Shown piece after piece: positions 9,219 to 18,009 of a DNA stretch of 44,518 bases. Positions within the stretch are counted from its first letter, which is position 1, and every line of letters begins with the position of its first letter. A program made the translations under genes and the position numbers. The DNA is from Gammaproteobacteria bacterium (lineage in GTDB: Bacteria > Pseudomonadota > Gammaproteobacteria > Xanthomonadales > Wenzhouxiangellaceae), in contig PWWM01000065.1 in the NCBI GenBank assembly GCA_003561495.1, positions 1 through 44,518 on the forward strand. Direction: 5' to 3'. The notes below the pieces were generated by a model. The model was not told the DNA's origin. It did not search any database and was given only the letters and a program-made list of their open reading frames with translations.

Positions 9219-10523
9219 TTAACTCCGCGTACCCCAGGTATCCAGGGCGATTCCGGCGTACCAGGATTCGGCAAAGCGGGCTTCATTGCGCCGGATGCGA
9301 GCAGGAGCTTCCAGCGCGCTGATGCCGCCGGAACCGGGCACTTCGCGCAACTGCCCCTCGTAGACCTCGAACACGTTGGCCACGGTAATACCCCACTCGG
9401 GCGCAATCACGCTGTAGCACGTATTGGTCCAGCGTGGTTCGGGCGGCTCAAGACCGGCCAGGTCAGCCAGGATGGCCCGCGCGGTGACCTTGGCCTGGTT
9501 GTTGGCCACGAATCCGGATTTGGGCATGGGCGTGGCCTCGGTGGCATCGCCGATCACGTAAATGCCCGGCACCTTGCGCGACTGGAAAGTGCGCGGCTCG
9601 ATCGGCACCCAGCCGTTCTCGCCGGCCACGCCGGCCTGGTTGGCAATCGCGCCCGCTTTCTGGGGAGGCACCACGTTGAGCACATCGGCGCGGTGGATCT
9701 CGCCAAACTCGGTTTCCACCTCGCGCCGCTCGGCATCCACGCGCACCACCCGGCCATCGCCGGAACGGCCAACCCATTCGACCATGTCACCGTAGTTCTC
9801 GCGCCAGCCTTCCAGGAACAGGGGTTGTTTGGAAAAGCCGTCCTTGGAATCCAGCAGCAACACCTTGGAACGTGGCTTGTGGCGACTCAGGTAATTGGCC
9901 ACCATGCTGACCCGCTCGTAAGGGCCGGGCGGGCAGCGGTAGGGGTTGTCGGGCGCGACCAGGATGAAGGTGCCGCCGTCTTCCATGGCTTCGAGTTGGC
10001 GCTTGAGCAGATGGGTCTGTTCACCAGCTTGCCAGGCATGCGGAGCATGTTCGGCAGCAGCCCGGTCATAGCCTTCCAGCGCGCCCCAGCGGATATCGAT
10101 GCCCGGCGAGAGCACCAGCCGATCCCATTTGAGGTCCGCACCATCATCGAGTTTCAGACTGTGATGGTCGGCATCGACCGATTCGGCCCGGGCATGGACC
10201 ACGTTCACGCCGAGGCGGCGCAAGTCGTCATAACCGTGACCCAGGGAATCGAATTCCCTCAAACCCCCAAGGTAAAGGTTGGTAAATGGGCAGGTGTAGT
10301 AACGCTTCAACGGCTCGATCAGGGTAACGTTCAGTTCGGGCGCCAGACGCTTGAGATAGCGCGCTGCAGTCGCCCCACCGAAACCTCCGCCGACGATCGC
10401 CACGCGGGCCGGGCCCACCGATCCGGCCATCAGAGGAAACCCGGCCGTGGCCAGCAGTGCACCGGCCCCGGTCAGACCGAACAGCTTGAGCGCCTTGCGG
10501 CGATCGTGATTGAAACGGCTCAT
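9219..10523 (-). CDS. fccB: Flavocytochrome c sulfide dehydrogenase, flavoprotein subunit (FccB/SoxF-like)
   Basis: Tat signal (RRKALK), VGGGFGGATAARYL, YYTCPF, PYRCPPGPYERVS, MPKSGF, WTNTCYS. Confidence 0.9.
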   Translation of the reverse strand: MSRFNHDRRKALKLFGLTGAGALLATAGFPLMAGSVGPARVAIVGGGFGGATAARYLKRLAPELNVTLIEPLKRYYTCPFTNLYLGGLREFDSLGHGYDDLRRLGVNVVHARAESVDADHHSLKLDDGADLKWDRLVLSPGIDIRWGALEGYDRAAAEHAPHAWQAGEQTHLLKRQLEAMEDGGTFILVAPDNPYRCPPGPYERVSMVANYLSRHKPRSKVLLLDSKDGFSKQPLFLEGWRENYGDMVEWVGRSGDGRVVRVDAERREVETEFGEIHRADVLNVVPPQKAGAIANQAGVAGENGWVPIEPRTFQSRKVPGIYVIGDATEATPMPKSGFVANNQAKVTARAILADLAGLEPPEPRWTNTCYSVIAPEWGITVANVFEVYEGQLREVPGSGGISALEAPARIRRNEARFAESWYAGIALDTWGTRS

Positions 10524-10888
10524 GGCTGCTCTCCGTTAGAGTCCGATCCCGATTCTTCTTCAGGATCCAGGCCGGCGAACCAGGCGGCAAGGGCCTTCAA
10601 TTCCTCTTCGCTGAATCCACGAGCCAGGCGAGGCATGACCGTCGCGCCTGGGATTTCATCATTGCGAAAGGCCAGCAACTGGGCCCGCATCACCGCTTCG
10701 GGATTGCCGGCCAGAGGCGGAATGCCGGCCTGGGCGCGTCCGTCCGGACCATGACAGGCCGCACAGGACTCAGCCAGGGCGGGAGCCCCTTGACTGAGCA
10801 CCTGAGCCTCATCGGCCGCCGGCGCCAGGGCCGGCCAGATCAGGATCGCCAAAGCGACCAAAGTAATGAAATGACGTTTCATGAGCAT
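10520..10888 (-). CDS. Monoheme c-type cytochrome (FccA-like partner subunit)
   Basis: Signal peptide, CAACHG heme motif, ATVMPRLARGFS with axial Met. Overlaps the fccB start. Start is 10888 or 10882. Confidence 0.88.
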   Translation of the reverse strand: MLMKRHFITLVALAILIWPALAPAADEAQVLSQGAPALAESCAACHGPDGRAQAGIPPLAGNPEAVMRAQLLAFRNDEIPGATVMPRLARGFSEEELKALAAWFAGLDPEEESGSDSNGEQP

Positions 10889-11084
10889 CTTCCCCGGCAC
10901 AAAGCCAATATGGTGGTGAATGGTGCGCGAACGCCTTGTCAATCAGCGCACCTTCATCTTGCGCCATCAGACCTTGCTGATTGGTGACGGTTTTAGACCG
11001 ATTCACGATACCCAAATATCCCCAGGGAAGGAATGCCCTATCATCAACCCTGGGCCATCACAATGAATCAGAGGGTCGGGCCGG

Positions 11085-12137
11085 ATGAATGACTGGGTAC
11101 ATTGGGCGATCGAACGTATCGAGGCCGATTTTCAGCGCTCGGCCGACACCCATCTGATCCAGGTCGAAATACCTGCGCTTGCTGACATTGACCTGTATCT
11201 CAAGGACGAGTCCACCCATCCCACCGGCAACCTCAAGCATCGCCTGGCCCGCTCGCTGTTTCTGTTCGGACTGTGCAACGGCTGGATCACCGAGGGCACC
11301 CCCATCATCGAAGCCTCGTCCGGCAACACCGCGGTGTCCGAGGCCTATTTCGCCCGCCTGCTTGGTCTGCCATTCATCGCAGTCATTCCGGAACAGACCT
11401 CGCGCGGCAAGATTGCCGAGATCGAGTTCTACGGCGGCGAGTGCCGGGCGGTGTCGCCTTGCGACATCTACCGCACGGCCGCTGAATTGGCGCGATCGCT
11501 GGATGGGCATTACATGGACCAGTTCACCTTTGCCGAACGGGTCACCGACTGGCGAGGCAACAACAACATCGCCCAGTCGATCTTCGAACAGATGGCCCGC
11601 GAACGTCATCCGGTGCCCGACTGGATCGTGGTCACCGCCGGCACCGGCGGCACCTCGGCCACCCTGGGTCGCTACATTCGCTACCGCCGCCATTCCAGCC
11701 GCCTGTGCGTGGCTGACCCCGATCACTCGGTCTTCTACGACTACTACCACAGCCGAAATTGCGGCCTGACCCTGGACCACGCGTCCAACATCGAAGGCAT
11801 CGGCCGGCCACGAGTCGAACCGTCATTCACGCCCGGCGTCATCGACGAAATGATCAAGGTGCCCGACGCAGCCAGCTTCGCCACCCTGCACTGCCTGGAA
11901 AACGTGCTCGGCCGCAAGGTTGGCGGCTCCACCGGTACCGGCCTCTATGCCGCCTTCGAATTGATGAGCCGCATGCACCATGCCGGACAGGCCGGCAGCG
12001 TCGTCGCCATGCTGTGCGACAAAGGCGAGCGCTACCTCGACACCTACTACAACCCCGAATGGCTCGCTGAACACGGCTTCGACATCCAACCCTGGCGGCG
12101 GCGTATCGAGAGATTTCTGAAAACCGGGAAGCTGTAA
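11085..12137 (+). CDS. PLP-dependent cysteine synthase-family enzyme, Cds1-like L-cysteine desulfhydrase
   Basis: [77 protein letters not shown]. These match the Cds1-type subfamily rather than CysK/CysM. Confidence 0.8.
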   Translation: MNDWVHWAIERIEADFQRSADTHLIQVEIPALADIDLYLKDESTHPTGNLKHRLARSLFLFGLCNGWITEGTPIIEASSGNTAVSEAYFARLLGLPFIAVIPEQTSRGKIAEIEFYGGECRAVSPCDIYRTAAELARSLDGHYMDQFTFAERVTDWRGNNNIAQSIFEQMARERHPVPDWIVVTAGTGGTSATLGRYIRYRRHSSRLCVADPDHSVFYDYYHSRNCGLTLDHASNIEGIGRPRVEPSFTPGVIDEMIKVPDAASFATLHCLENVLGRKVGGSTGTGLYAAFELMSRMHHAGQAGSVVAMLCDKGERYLDTYYNPEWLAEHGFDIQPWRRRIERFLKTGKL

Positions 12138-12265
12138 CCAAAAAAAATCAGAAGCAATCTGTTTCGTGCAAAGACGCAGAGACGCTAAAGATCTTTCAGG
12201 CAAACCATCGATTGCCAGCGTGCATTGTTCCAACGGTGATTCTTTGCCTCAAGATGCGGGGCACA

Positions 12266-13741
12266 CTAGAACGTCGATAGGCCGGTGGCTTCCATGATTC
12301 GGTATTGCCAGTAGCGCAAACGGCTCTCGACTGCGTATTCGTCATAGTCCAGGCTGTACGAGCGACCATGGCGGTTGTTCCAGCGCTCATCGAATCGTTC
12401 GCTGGCCCGGACCAGCGGCGGCGTTGCATCCGATCCGCGCAGGTGTAGCGCTGTTTCGGGATTGAGATCGTCGAGGTTGCGCCGGGTGTAATTGGCCGTG
12501 CCGGCGATCAGCTCAGCCCGGCCATCACCGAAGCGAACCAGTAATAGTTTTTCGTGGCATTGCTCGCCGGTGGTGTGGCACCAGCGCACCTCGACACCGG
12601 CACGGGTCAGTTCGGCGGCCACCGGCCGGTTCGGCACGCCATTCTTGCGGCGGCCGAAGGCATGTTCGTTGGGATCAAGCAGCGCGCGCACGCTCGCCCC
12701 GCGCTCGGCCGCGCCCTTCATGGCTTCGATGATGCCGCGATGGGACAGGTAGAACATCGACAGCTCGACCTCGTCGCCTTCACCGGCGGCATCCAGCAAC
12801 CCGATCACCGCGTCGCGGATCGCGCTTTCGGTGAGCACCTGTACGGTTTCGTCATGGGTGCGTGCAGGTGGCGAATTCGGCTGCGGTGGTCGCTCCCACA
12901 GAGCATCAGCGTTGGAGAAAGCCACGATGGCGCGCTCGGAGGCCAGCAGGTCGAACACGGCCGGGCCGGACACCACCAGCGCCTGGTTGGAATGTGCGCT
13001 CGAGGCATCGTGCGGATTGGCCGAGGTCACCAGCCCCTTCCAGTCCTCGCCATGATCGACAACCAGGGTCTTGCGATGATTGGCATTGAAGTTGGCCAGG
13101 CGCATCCAGCTTCGTAGCGTGATCGGTTCGTCGCCGACCGGGTTGGGCAGCCAGCCGCCATTGCTGTTATTGCCCACCCATTGGCAGCACAGCCGCCATA
13201 GTCCCGACCAGGCCGGATTGGAATCCCGCAGGCGGTGGAGATCGGTAAGGACCACCTCGATGCCGGCCTCGCGCATGGCCCGAAGATGTGGGGATTCGAT
13301 GCCGCCGTAGATCGTGTTGAGCGGATCGGTGATGAACACCACCCGGAGTTCCGGGACGGATCCTTGCCGCTTGATCAACGCTTCGGTCAGTTCGGCCGAT
13401 AGTGCCCGCATATCTTCATCGTCGGCATCGCCGGCAAATTCGTTGAACAGGAACATGTCGGCCACGACCAGGCGCTCGGCCTTGCCGATCAGTTCCAGCT
13501 TGCGGTCGAAGATGACCTGGTCGGTCTGGCGTTCGCCGTTCTCGTCCACCCAGGTGTCGTCGGCCAGGAACTCGATCACCGGCGCGGGGTACTGCCCCCC
13601 AGTCAGTGCGAGCCCCTCCGGAAGCGGCTTGAAGCTGTGCCAGATACCTGAGCCGATCCACGCCAGTGCCAACGTGGCCAGTGCAATCCGGCGCCAGGGC
13701 AAACGGATGCGGCCGGTCTCGGCCTGATCGGTTTCGGACAT
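12266..13741 (-). CDS. Phospholipase D family protein
   Basis: N-terminal TM. Two HxK motifs (NHRKTLVVD...SANPHD and QCHEKLLL...GTANYTRRNL). Confidence 0.9.
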   Translation of the reverse strand: MSETDQAETGRIRLPWRRIALATLALAWIGSGIWHSFKPLPEGLALTGGQYPAPVIEFLADDTWVDENGERQTDQVIFDRKLELIGKAERLVVADMFLFNEFAGDADDEDMRALSAELTEALIKRQGSVPELRVVFITDPLNTIYGGIESPHLRAMREAGIEVVLTDLHRLRDSNPAWSGLWRLCCQWVGNNSNGGWLPNPVGDEPITLRSWMRLANFNANHRKTLVVDHGEDWKGLVTSANPHDASSAHSNQALVVSGPAVFDLLASERAIVAFSNADALWERPPQPNSPPARTHDETVQVLTESAIRDAVIGLLDAAGEGDEVELSMFYLSHRGIIEAMKGAAERGASVRALLDPNEHAFGRRKNGVPNRPVAAELTRAGVEVRWCHTTGEQCHEKLLLVRFGDGRAELIAGTANYTRRNLDDLNPETALHLRGSDATPPLVRASERFDERWNNRHGRSYSLDYDEYAVESRLRYWQYRIMEATGLSTF

Positions 13742-13747
13742 GGTCGT

Positions 13748-14653
13748 CTATCGGTCCAGCGCTTCGGACAGTTTCCCGCGCAACTCGTCGGCGCCCGATT
13801 CGGCCTTGTCGAGAATCTCGTCGACACGATCGAAGTACAGCAGGCGGATGCCCGACAGTTCCGGTTTGATGTAGATATCGGGTGGGTTGGCGCGCTTCGC
13901 CTGGGCGATGAGCGACTGCTGCATGATCTCGAAGGTCTTGAACAACAGGTCGGCCAAGTCGGGTGATTCGTCCTCGTCGGGGTCGCGCGAGCCGGTCACA
14001 TCGATGGCCACGACGATGTCGTGGTCGTCGACCTGGTCCCAGGGCAGCGGGTTGGAGGTGCCGCCATCGATCAGCAGCTTGTCGTCACGCTTGACGGGTG
14101 CGAACAGTCCGGGCACGGCCATGCTGGCCTTGAGCGCCTCGAACAGATCGCCTTCCTTTAGTACCACGGTTTCGCCATCCCAGTAATTGGTGGCCACGAC
14201 CTTGAGCGGGATGTCGAGATCGTCGAAATCGCGTGCATCGATATACTCGCCCACCAGTTCGAAGAAGCCGTCGGGATCGAACACGCTGCCATCATCGAAG
14301 TCGATTTCGAGCAGGTCGGTCAGGCCGATGTCCAGACCGTCATCGTTTGAAAACGGATCCAGTGCGGAACCCCCAAATGCCTTGAACAGATCGCGCATGC
14401 CGTCAGCGTCCATGCCGGCGGCATAAAGCCCGCCGATAATGGCGCCAATGCTGGTGCCGGCGATGGCCGCCGGCTGAACTTCCAGTTCCTGGAACACCTC
14501 GATCATGCGGATATGCGCCAGCCCGGCCGCCCCGCCCGAGCCCAGCGCCAGGCCGATGGTTTTCGGCGCTGGCTCGTCATCGGCAATGGCCGGCGTTGCG
14601 ACCGAGCCCGCCACCGAGAACGCCAGCAGGCCGGCCAGGAGGCTTCGAATCAT
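13748..14653 (-). CDS. Secreted patatin-like phospholipase
   Basis: Signal peptide MIRSLLAG..., ALGSGGAAGLAH, GTSIG nucleophile, LIDGG. Start taken at ATG 14653. Confidence 0.9.
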   Translation of the reverse strand: MIRSLLAGLLAFSVAGSVATPAIADDEPAPKTIGLALGSGGAAGLAHIRMIEVFQELEVQPAAIAGTSIGAIIGGLYAAGMDADGMRDLFKAFGGSALDPFSNDDGLDIGLTDLLEIDFDDGSVFDPDGFFELVGEYIDARDFDDLDIPLKVVATNYWDGETVVLKEGDLFEALKASMAVPGLFAPVKRDDKLLIDGGTSNPLPWDQVDDHDIVVAIDVTGSRDPDEDESPDLADLLFKTFEIMQQSLIAQAKRANPPDIYIKPELSGIRLLYFDRVDEILDKAESGADELRGKLSEALDR

Positions 14654-14800
14654 GACAAGGCCTGGATGATGGCGCGACAGAAGGCCGGCAGATCGTCGAA
14701 CAGGCTCATGGATGGCATCTCCGTTTTCAGTTGGGCAGGACGCCATTATGCATTGCAGAAAAGGGCTTACAAATTGTGGAATTGACCAGATGCCTATTGC

Positions 14801-14839
14801 AAATGCGAGCTGTTCTGCGTATGATAATCGTTCGCATTT
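14801..14839 (+). promoter_or_regulatory. Fur-box-like site
   Basis: tatgataatcgttcgcatt resembles the Fur consensus and is flanked by the inverted repeat aaatgcga/tcgcattt. It ends ~25 nt upstream of a TonB receptor. Confidence 0.7.
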
Positions 14840-14863
14840 CGGTTAATTGAGACTACTGCCAGC

Positions 14864-16966
14864 ATGTCAATAGAATCTTCCACGCAATCTTCTCTTTCGC
14901 TAACCATCGGTTTCGCGCTTCTGCTTGGCTCAGGCACTATTCAGGCTTCTGATGTGGCCCAAGATGCCGAGGATTCAGTCTCCGCGATTACCGAATCGAT
15001 CGATTTGCCACGCATCCGAGTCGTGGCGCCCACGCTGACGGCTCTTTCCGCGACGCCCGGGGCCGTCTACGAGGTCACCCAGGAAGACATCGAAGAGGTT
15101 CAGCCGCGCTCGACGGAGGATCTTCTACGGCGCGTGCCCGGTATCTACATCAAGCGCGAGGAAGATAGCGCGGTGGTCACCAATCTGGGGGTACGCGGGC
15201 TGCCGGCCGGAGATTACAAGACGCTGGTGCTGGAAGACGGCGTGCCGATTCAGCCCGGCATTTTCGTCGGGAACTCCCGTTACTACAATCCGCGCGTGCA
15301 GCGAATGGAAGGCGCCGAGGTGCTCAAGGGCGCATCTTCGCTACGCTTTGGCCCGAACAACATTGGCGGCGTGATTAATTTTCTGACCCGGACACCGGAT
15401 GACGGCGTCGCGATGACCGGCCGGATCGGCTCATGGAATACCCGCGAGGCCAGCGTGGATCTGGGAGGCAGTTCGGCTTCCGGCGAGGCGCGCTTCGGTG
15501 TGATCGCGACCCGGGCCACCAGCGATGGCTGGAACGACAAGGGATGGGACATGACCGATGTCATGGTCAAGGCCGGAAGTCAGATCGGCGACCGTCACCA
15601 TGTCGGGGTGAAATTTTCCTACTATGACAACGAAGCCAATATCTCGTACCGCGGCTCCTTCCCGGATGCGTTCGATGCCGGCGCCACGTTCAACCCGGCG
15701 CCCGATGATTTCTTTCTGACCGACCGCCGGGCCTTTGACGTTAACCACGAGTGGGAAATCAATCGTGATCTGCGTCTGCAGACGGTGGTTTTCTGGAGTG
15801 AGATGAGCCGCGACTACTGGCGGTTTCTGGTCGACGGCGCCACAACCAATGCCGATGGCCTGACGGTCTGGAATTACACCGATACCGTTCAAGGTAACAA
15901 TCGAACATTCGAGCGCTATGGCTTTGACTCCCGCCTGCTCATGAACCATGAGTTGTTCGGCATGTACAACGAAGCCCAGTTCGGCCTGCGCTACTTTGAA
16001 GAGGAAATGCTCGACAACACCATTCGCGCCGACCGAGCCACACCTCGCAATCCGAATGGTCCTTTGCTGCGTAATCGAGTCGACTCTGCCGATAGCCTGG
16101 CGCTGTTTGCCCAGAATCGGTTCGATGTCACTCAATCACTCACATTGACCGCCGGTTTGCGGGTTGAGTCCTATAAGCAAAAGCGCAATGACTTGCGGGT
16201 CGAAGTAGATCCGGTGGACACCTTCAGCAATACCGAATGGTTACCCGGCATTGGAGCGACTTACCAGGTCAATCCTGCACTGCAGTTTTATGGAGGCGTC
16301 TACATTGCATTCGCCCCCCCTCTGGTCGGCAGCGTGGTCGGTTCCGATGATGTGCCCACCGAGGCTGAAAAATCGACCAATGTCGATCTGGGTGTGCGCG
16401 GAGGTGGTGATTCATTCAGCTATGAAGTCACCGCTTTCCGGATGGATTTCTCCAACCAGGTCGACCCCGGCATTTCCGGAATCCGCGCACCCAACGAAGG
16501 CAGTGCATTGATCCAGGGTGCGGAAGCTTCCGTGGTATTCGAATTGCCTCATGGATTCAGCATCAACGGCAACGTGACCTGGATTCCGACCGCGGAATTC
16601 GGCGAAGACCGTCCCGCTGATGCCCTGGACGGGAACCGCCTGCCTTATTCGCCGGAATGGACGGCCAATCTCACCCTGAGCTATCGGACCGGTGATCTCC
16701 AGACCGCCTTGTTGTTCAACTACACCGATGAAGTGTTCGGGGACGGGATGAACCGCACAGAAATCGACCCCCTGAATCATATGGGTGGCCTGATACCGAG
16801 CTACTACACCTTCGATGTCACGGCCAGTTACGACTTCAACCCCGGCGTCAGCGCATTCGGCTCGGTCAAGAACCTTGCAGACAAACGCTATATCTCCGGA
16901 CTGCGTCAGGGTATTTATGTCGGGCCGGAACGTCAGTTCGATATCGGGATCAGGTATCGATTCTAG
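14864..16966 (+). CDS. TonB-dependent receptor (FecA-like)
   Basis: Signal peptide, plug (LRRVPGIYI..LGVRG..LVLEDGVPI..EVLKGASSLRFGPNNIGGVINF), barrel ending VKNLADKRY...GIRYRF. Confidence 0.95.
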   Translation: MSIESSTQSSLSLTIGFALLLGSGTIQASDVAQDAEDSVSAITESIDLPRIRVVAPTLTALSATPGAVYEVTQEDIEEVQPRSTEDLLRRVPGIYIKREEDSAVVTNLGVRGLPAGDYKTLVLEDGVPIQPGIFVGNSRYYNPRVQRMEGAEVLKGASSLRFGPNNIGGVINFLTRTPDDGVAMTGRIGSWNTREASVDLGGSSASGEARFGVIATRATSDGWNDKGWDMTDVMVKAGSQIGDRHHVGVKFSYYDNEANISYRGSFPDAFDAGATFNPAPDDFFLTDRRAFDVNHEWEINRDLRLQTVVFWSEMSRDYWRFLVDGATTNADGLTVWNYTDTVQGNNRTFERYGFDSRLLMNHELFGMYNEAQFGLRYFEEEMLDNTIRADRATPRNPNGPLLRNRVDSADSLALFAQNRFDVTQSLTLTAGLRVESYKQKRNDLRVEVDPVDTFSNTEWLPGIGATYQVNPALQFYGGVYIAFAPPLVGSVVGSDDVPTEAEKSTNVDLGVRGGGDSFSYEVTAFRMDFSNQVDPGISGIRAPNEGSALIQGAEASVVFELPHGFSINGNVTWIPTAEFGEDRPADALDGNRLPYSPEWTANLTLSYRTGDLQTALLFNYTDEVFGDGMNRTEIDPLNHMGGLIPSYYTFDVTASYDFNPGVSAFGSVKNLADKRYISGLRQGIYVGPERQFDIGIRYRF

Positions 16967-17078
16967 TGCCCGTTCCGAATACAAGAGGCGCACGCTTTCG
17001 ACTAGCCTTGAGGCCTGGGCGGAGCAGCACCCGGTTGCCCGGGAGCATTGCTCCCGCCTCAAGCGCATTAATGCCGTG

Positions 17079-17867
17079 CTATCGGTTGCATGTCGGCAAA
17101 TGGGGAAACATCAGACAGTGCAAGGAGACTGGACCTGACGGTGGCGCCGGATCCTGATCCTGATCCAGTTCCAGCATGATCTCAACCTCATCCTCGCCGG
17201 AATTGGCGTGGAAGTGCCAGTCCAGACTGAAAAGCCCGCCGGTCTCCAATCGACCGCGTGCGACCAGGCTGATGGCCGGGTCCGGCGCCGATCCGTTGGG
17301 GTACAAAGCCTCCTCGAACCACCAGGCCCATCCCCGGATCAGTGAGGGCAGCGCTTCGATCTGGTCAATGAACACCACGCCCTGGGCAAGGAGGTCATCG
17401 AGTTCTGCCCGATCGACAAACCAAACCGGGAGGTTTGGAACGGCATTGCGCGAGCGGACATAGACGGGCGCCAGGTCTTCTCCCGGTCCGTTGGCCCAGA
17501 TCTCGGATCCCTCGAGCAGAAGTTGACAGCCAAAGGCTCCGGGCCCGTCGGGTCCCGGGACATGAAAGAACTGACCCAGATCGAAGTTCATGGGAATGCA
17601 GTCGGGATCACGATAGAAAACAATGGCCGCCCAATCGTCGTTGGAGGGGACATCGAAATCCGGGATCAGTAATTCCAGACGCGCATAGGCCGGGACACCG
17701 GGGGATTCGGTGGGAAAATCCAGTTTGATCGGCGGGTCGCCGAAAGCCGGCTGGGCCAGGGCCGGCATCGTCATTGCCGCCATTGCAAGCACCGTAGTGC
17801 CGAAAAGTACGAACGACAGTCGTTTTGATAGTATGTGAACAGGGTTGGGCAATCGGGTTGTATTCAT
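17079..17867 (-). CDS. Hypothetical secreted protein
   Basis: AGGAG RBS before ATG 17867. Signal peptide ending PALA-Q. No recognised domain. Confidence 0.75.
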   Translation of the reverse strand: MNTTRLPNPVHILSKRLSFVLFGTTVLAMAAMTMPALAQPAFGDPPIKLDFPTESPGVPAYARLELLIPDFDVPSNDDWAAIVFYRDPDCIPMNFDLGQFFHVPGPDGPGAFGCQLLLEGSEIWANGPGEDLAPVYVRSRNAVPNLPVWFVDRAELDDLLAQGVVFIDQIEALPSLIRGWAWWFEEALYPNGSAPDPAISLVARGRLETGGLFSLDWHFHANSGEDEVEIMLELDQDQDPAPPSGPVSLHCLMFPHLPTCNR

Positions 17868-17957
17868 GGTGGTGCTCCTGGTTTGCACATTGGATTTCCA
17901 CGCAATGGCCGTCCGGGGACTGACCAGGGTGGACACCACAAGATTGCCGTCCAGGGT

Positions 17958-17976
17958 CTGTTGAAGTCTTCAACAG
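17958..17976. promoter_or_regulatory. Perfect palindrome in divergent promoter (candidate operator)
   Basis: ctgttgaag-t-cttcaacag, between the divergent starts at 17867 and 18010. Confidence 0.4.
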
Positions 17977-18009
17977 TCCATCAGCGAAATTTCAGCGCCG
18001 GGGACGAGA

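Noticed and set aside
7394-10888. Complete Sox thiosulfate-oxidation pathway
   Set aside because: soxA, soxX, soxB, soxC and soxD are absent from the window, so lithotrophy cannot be claimed.
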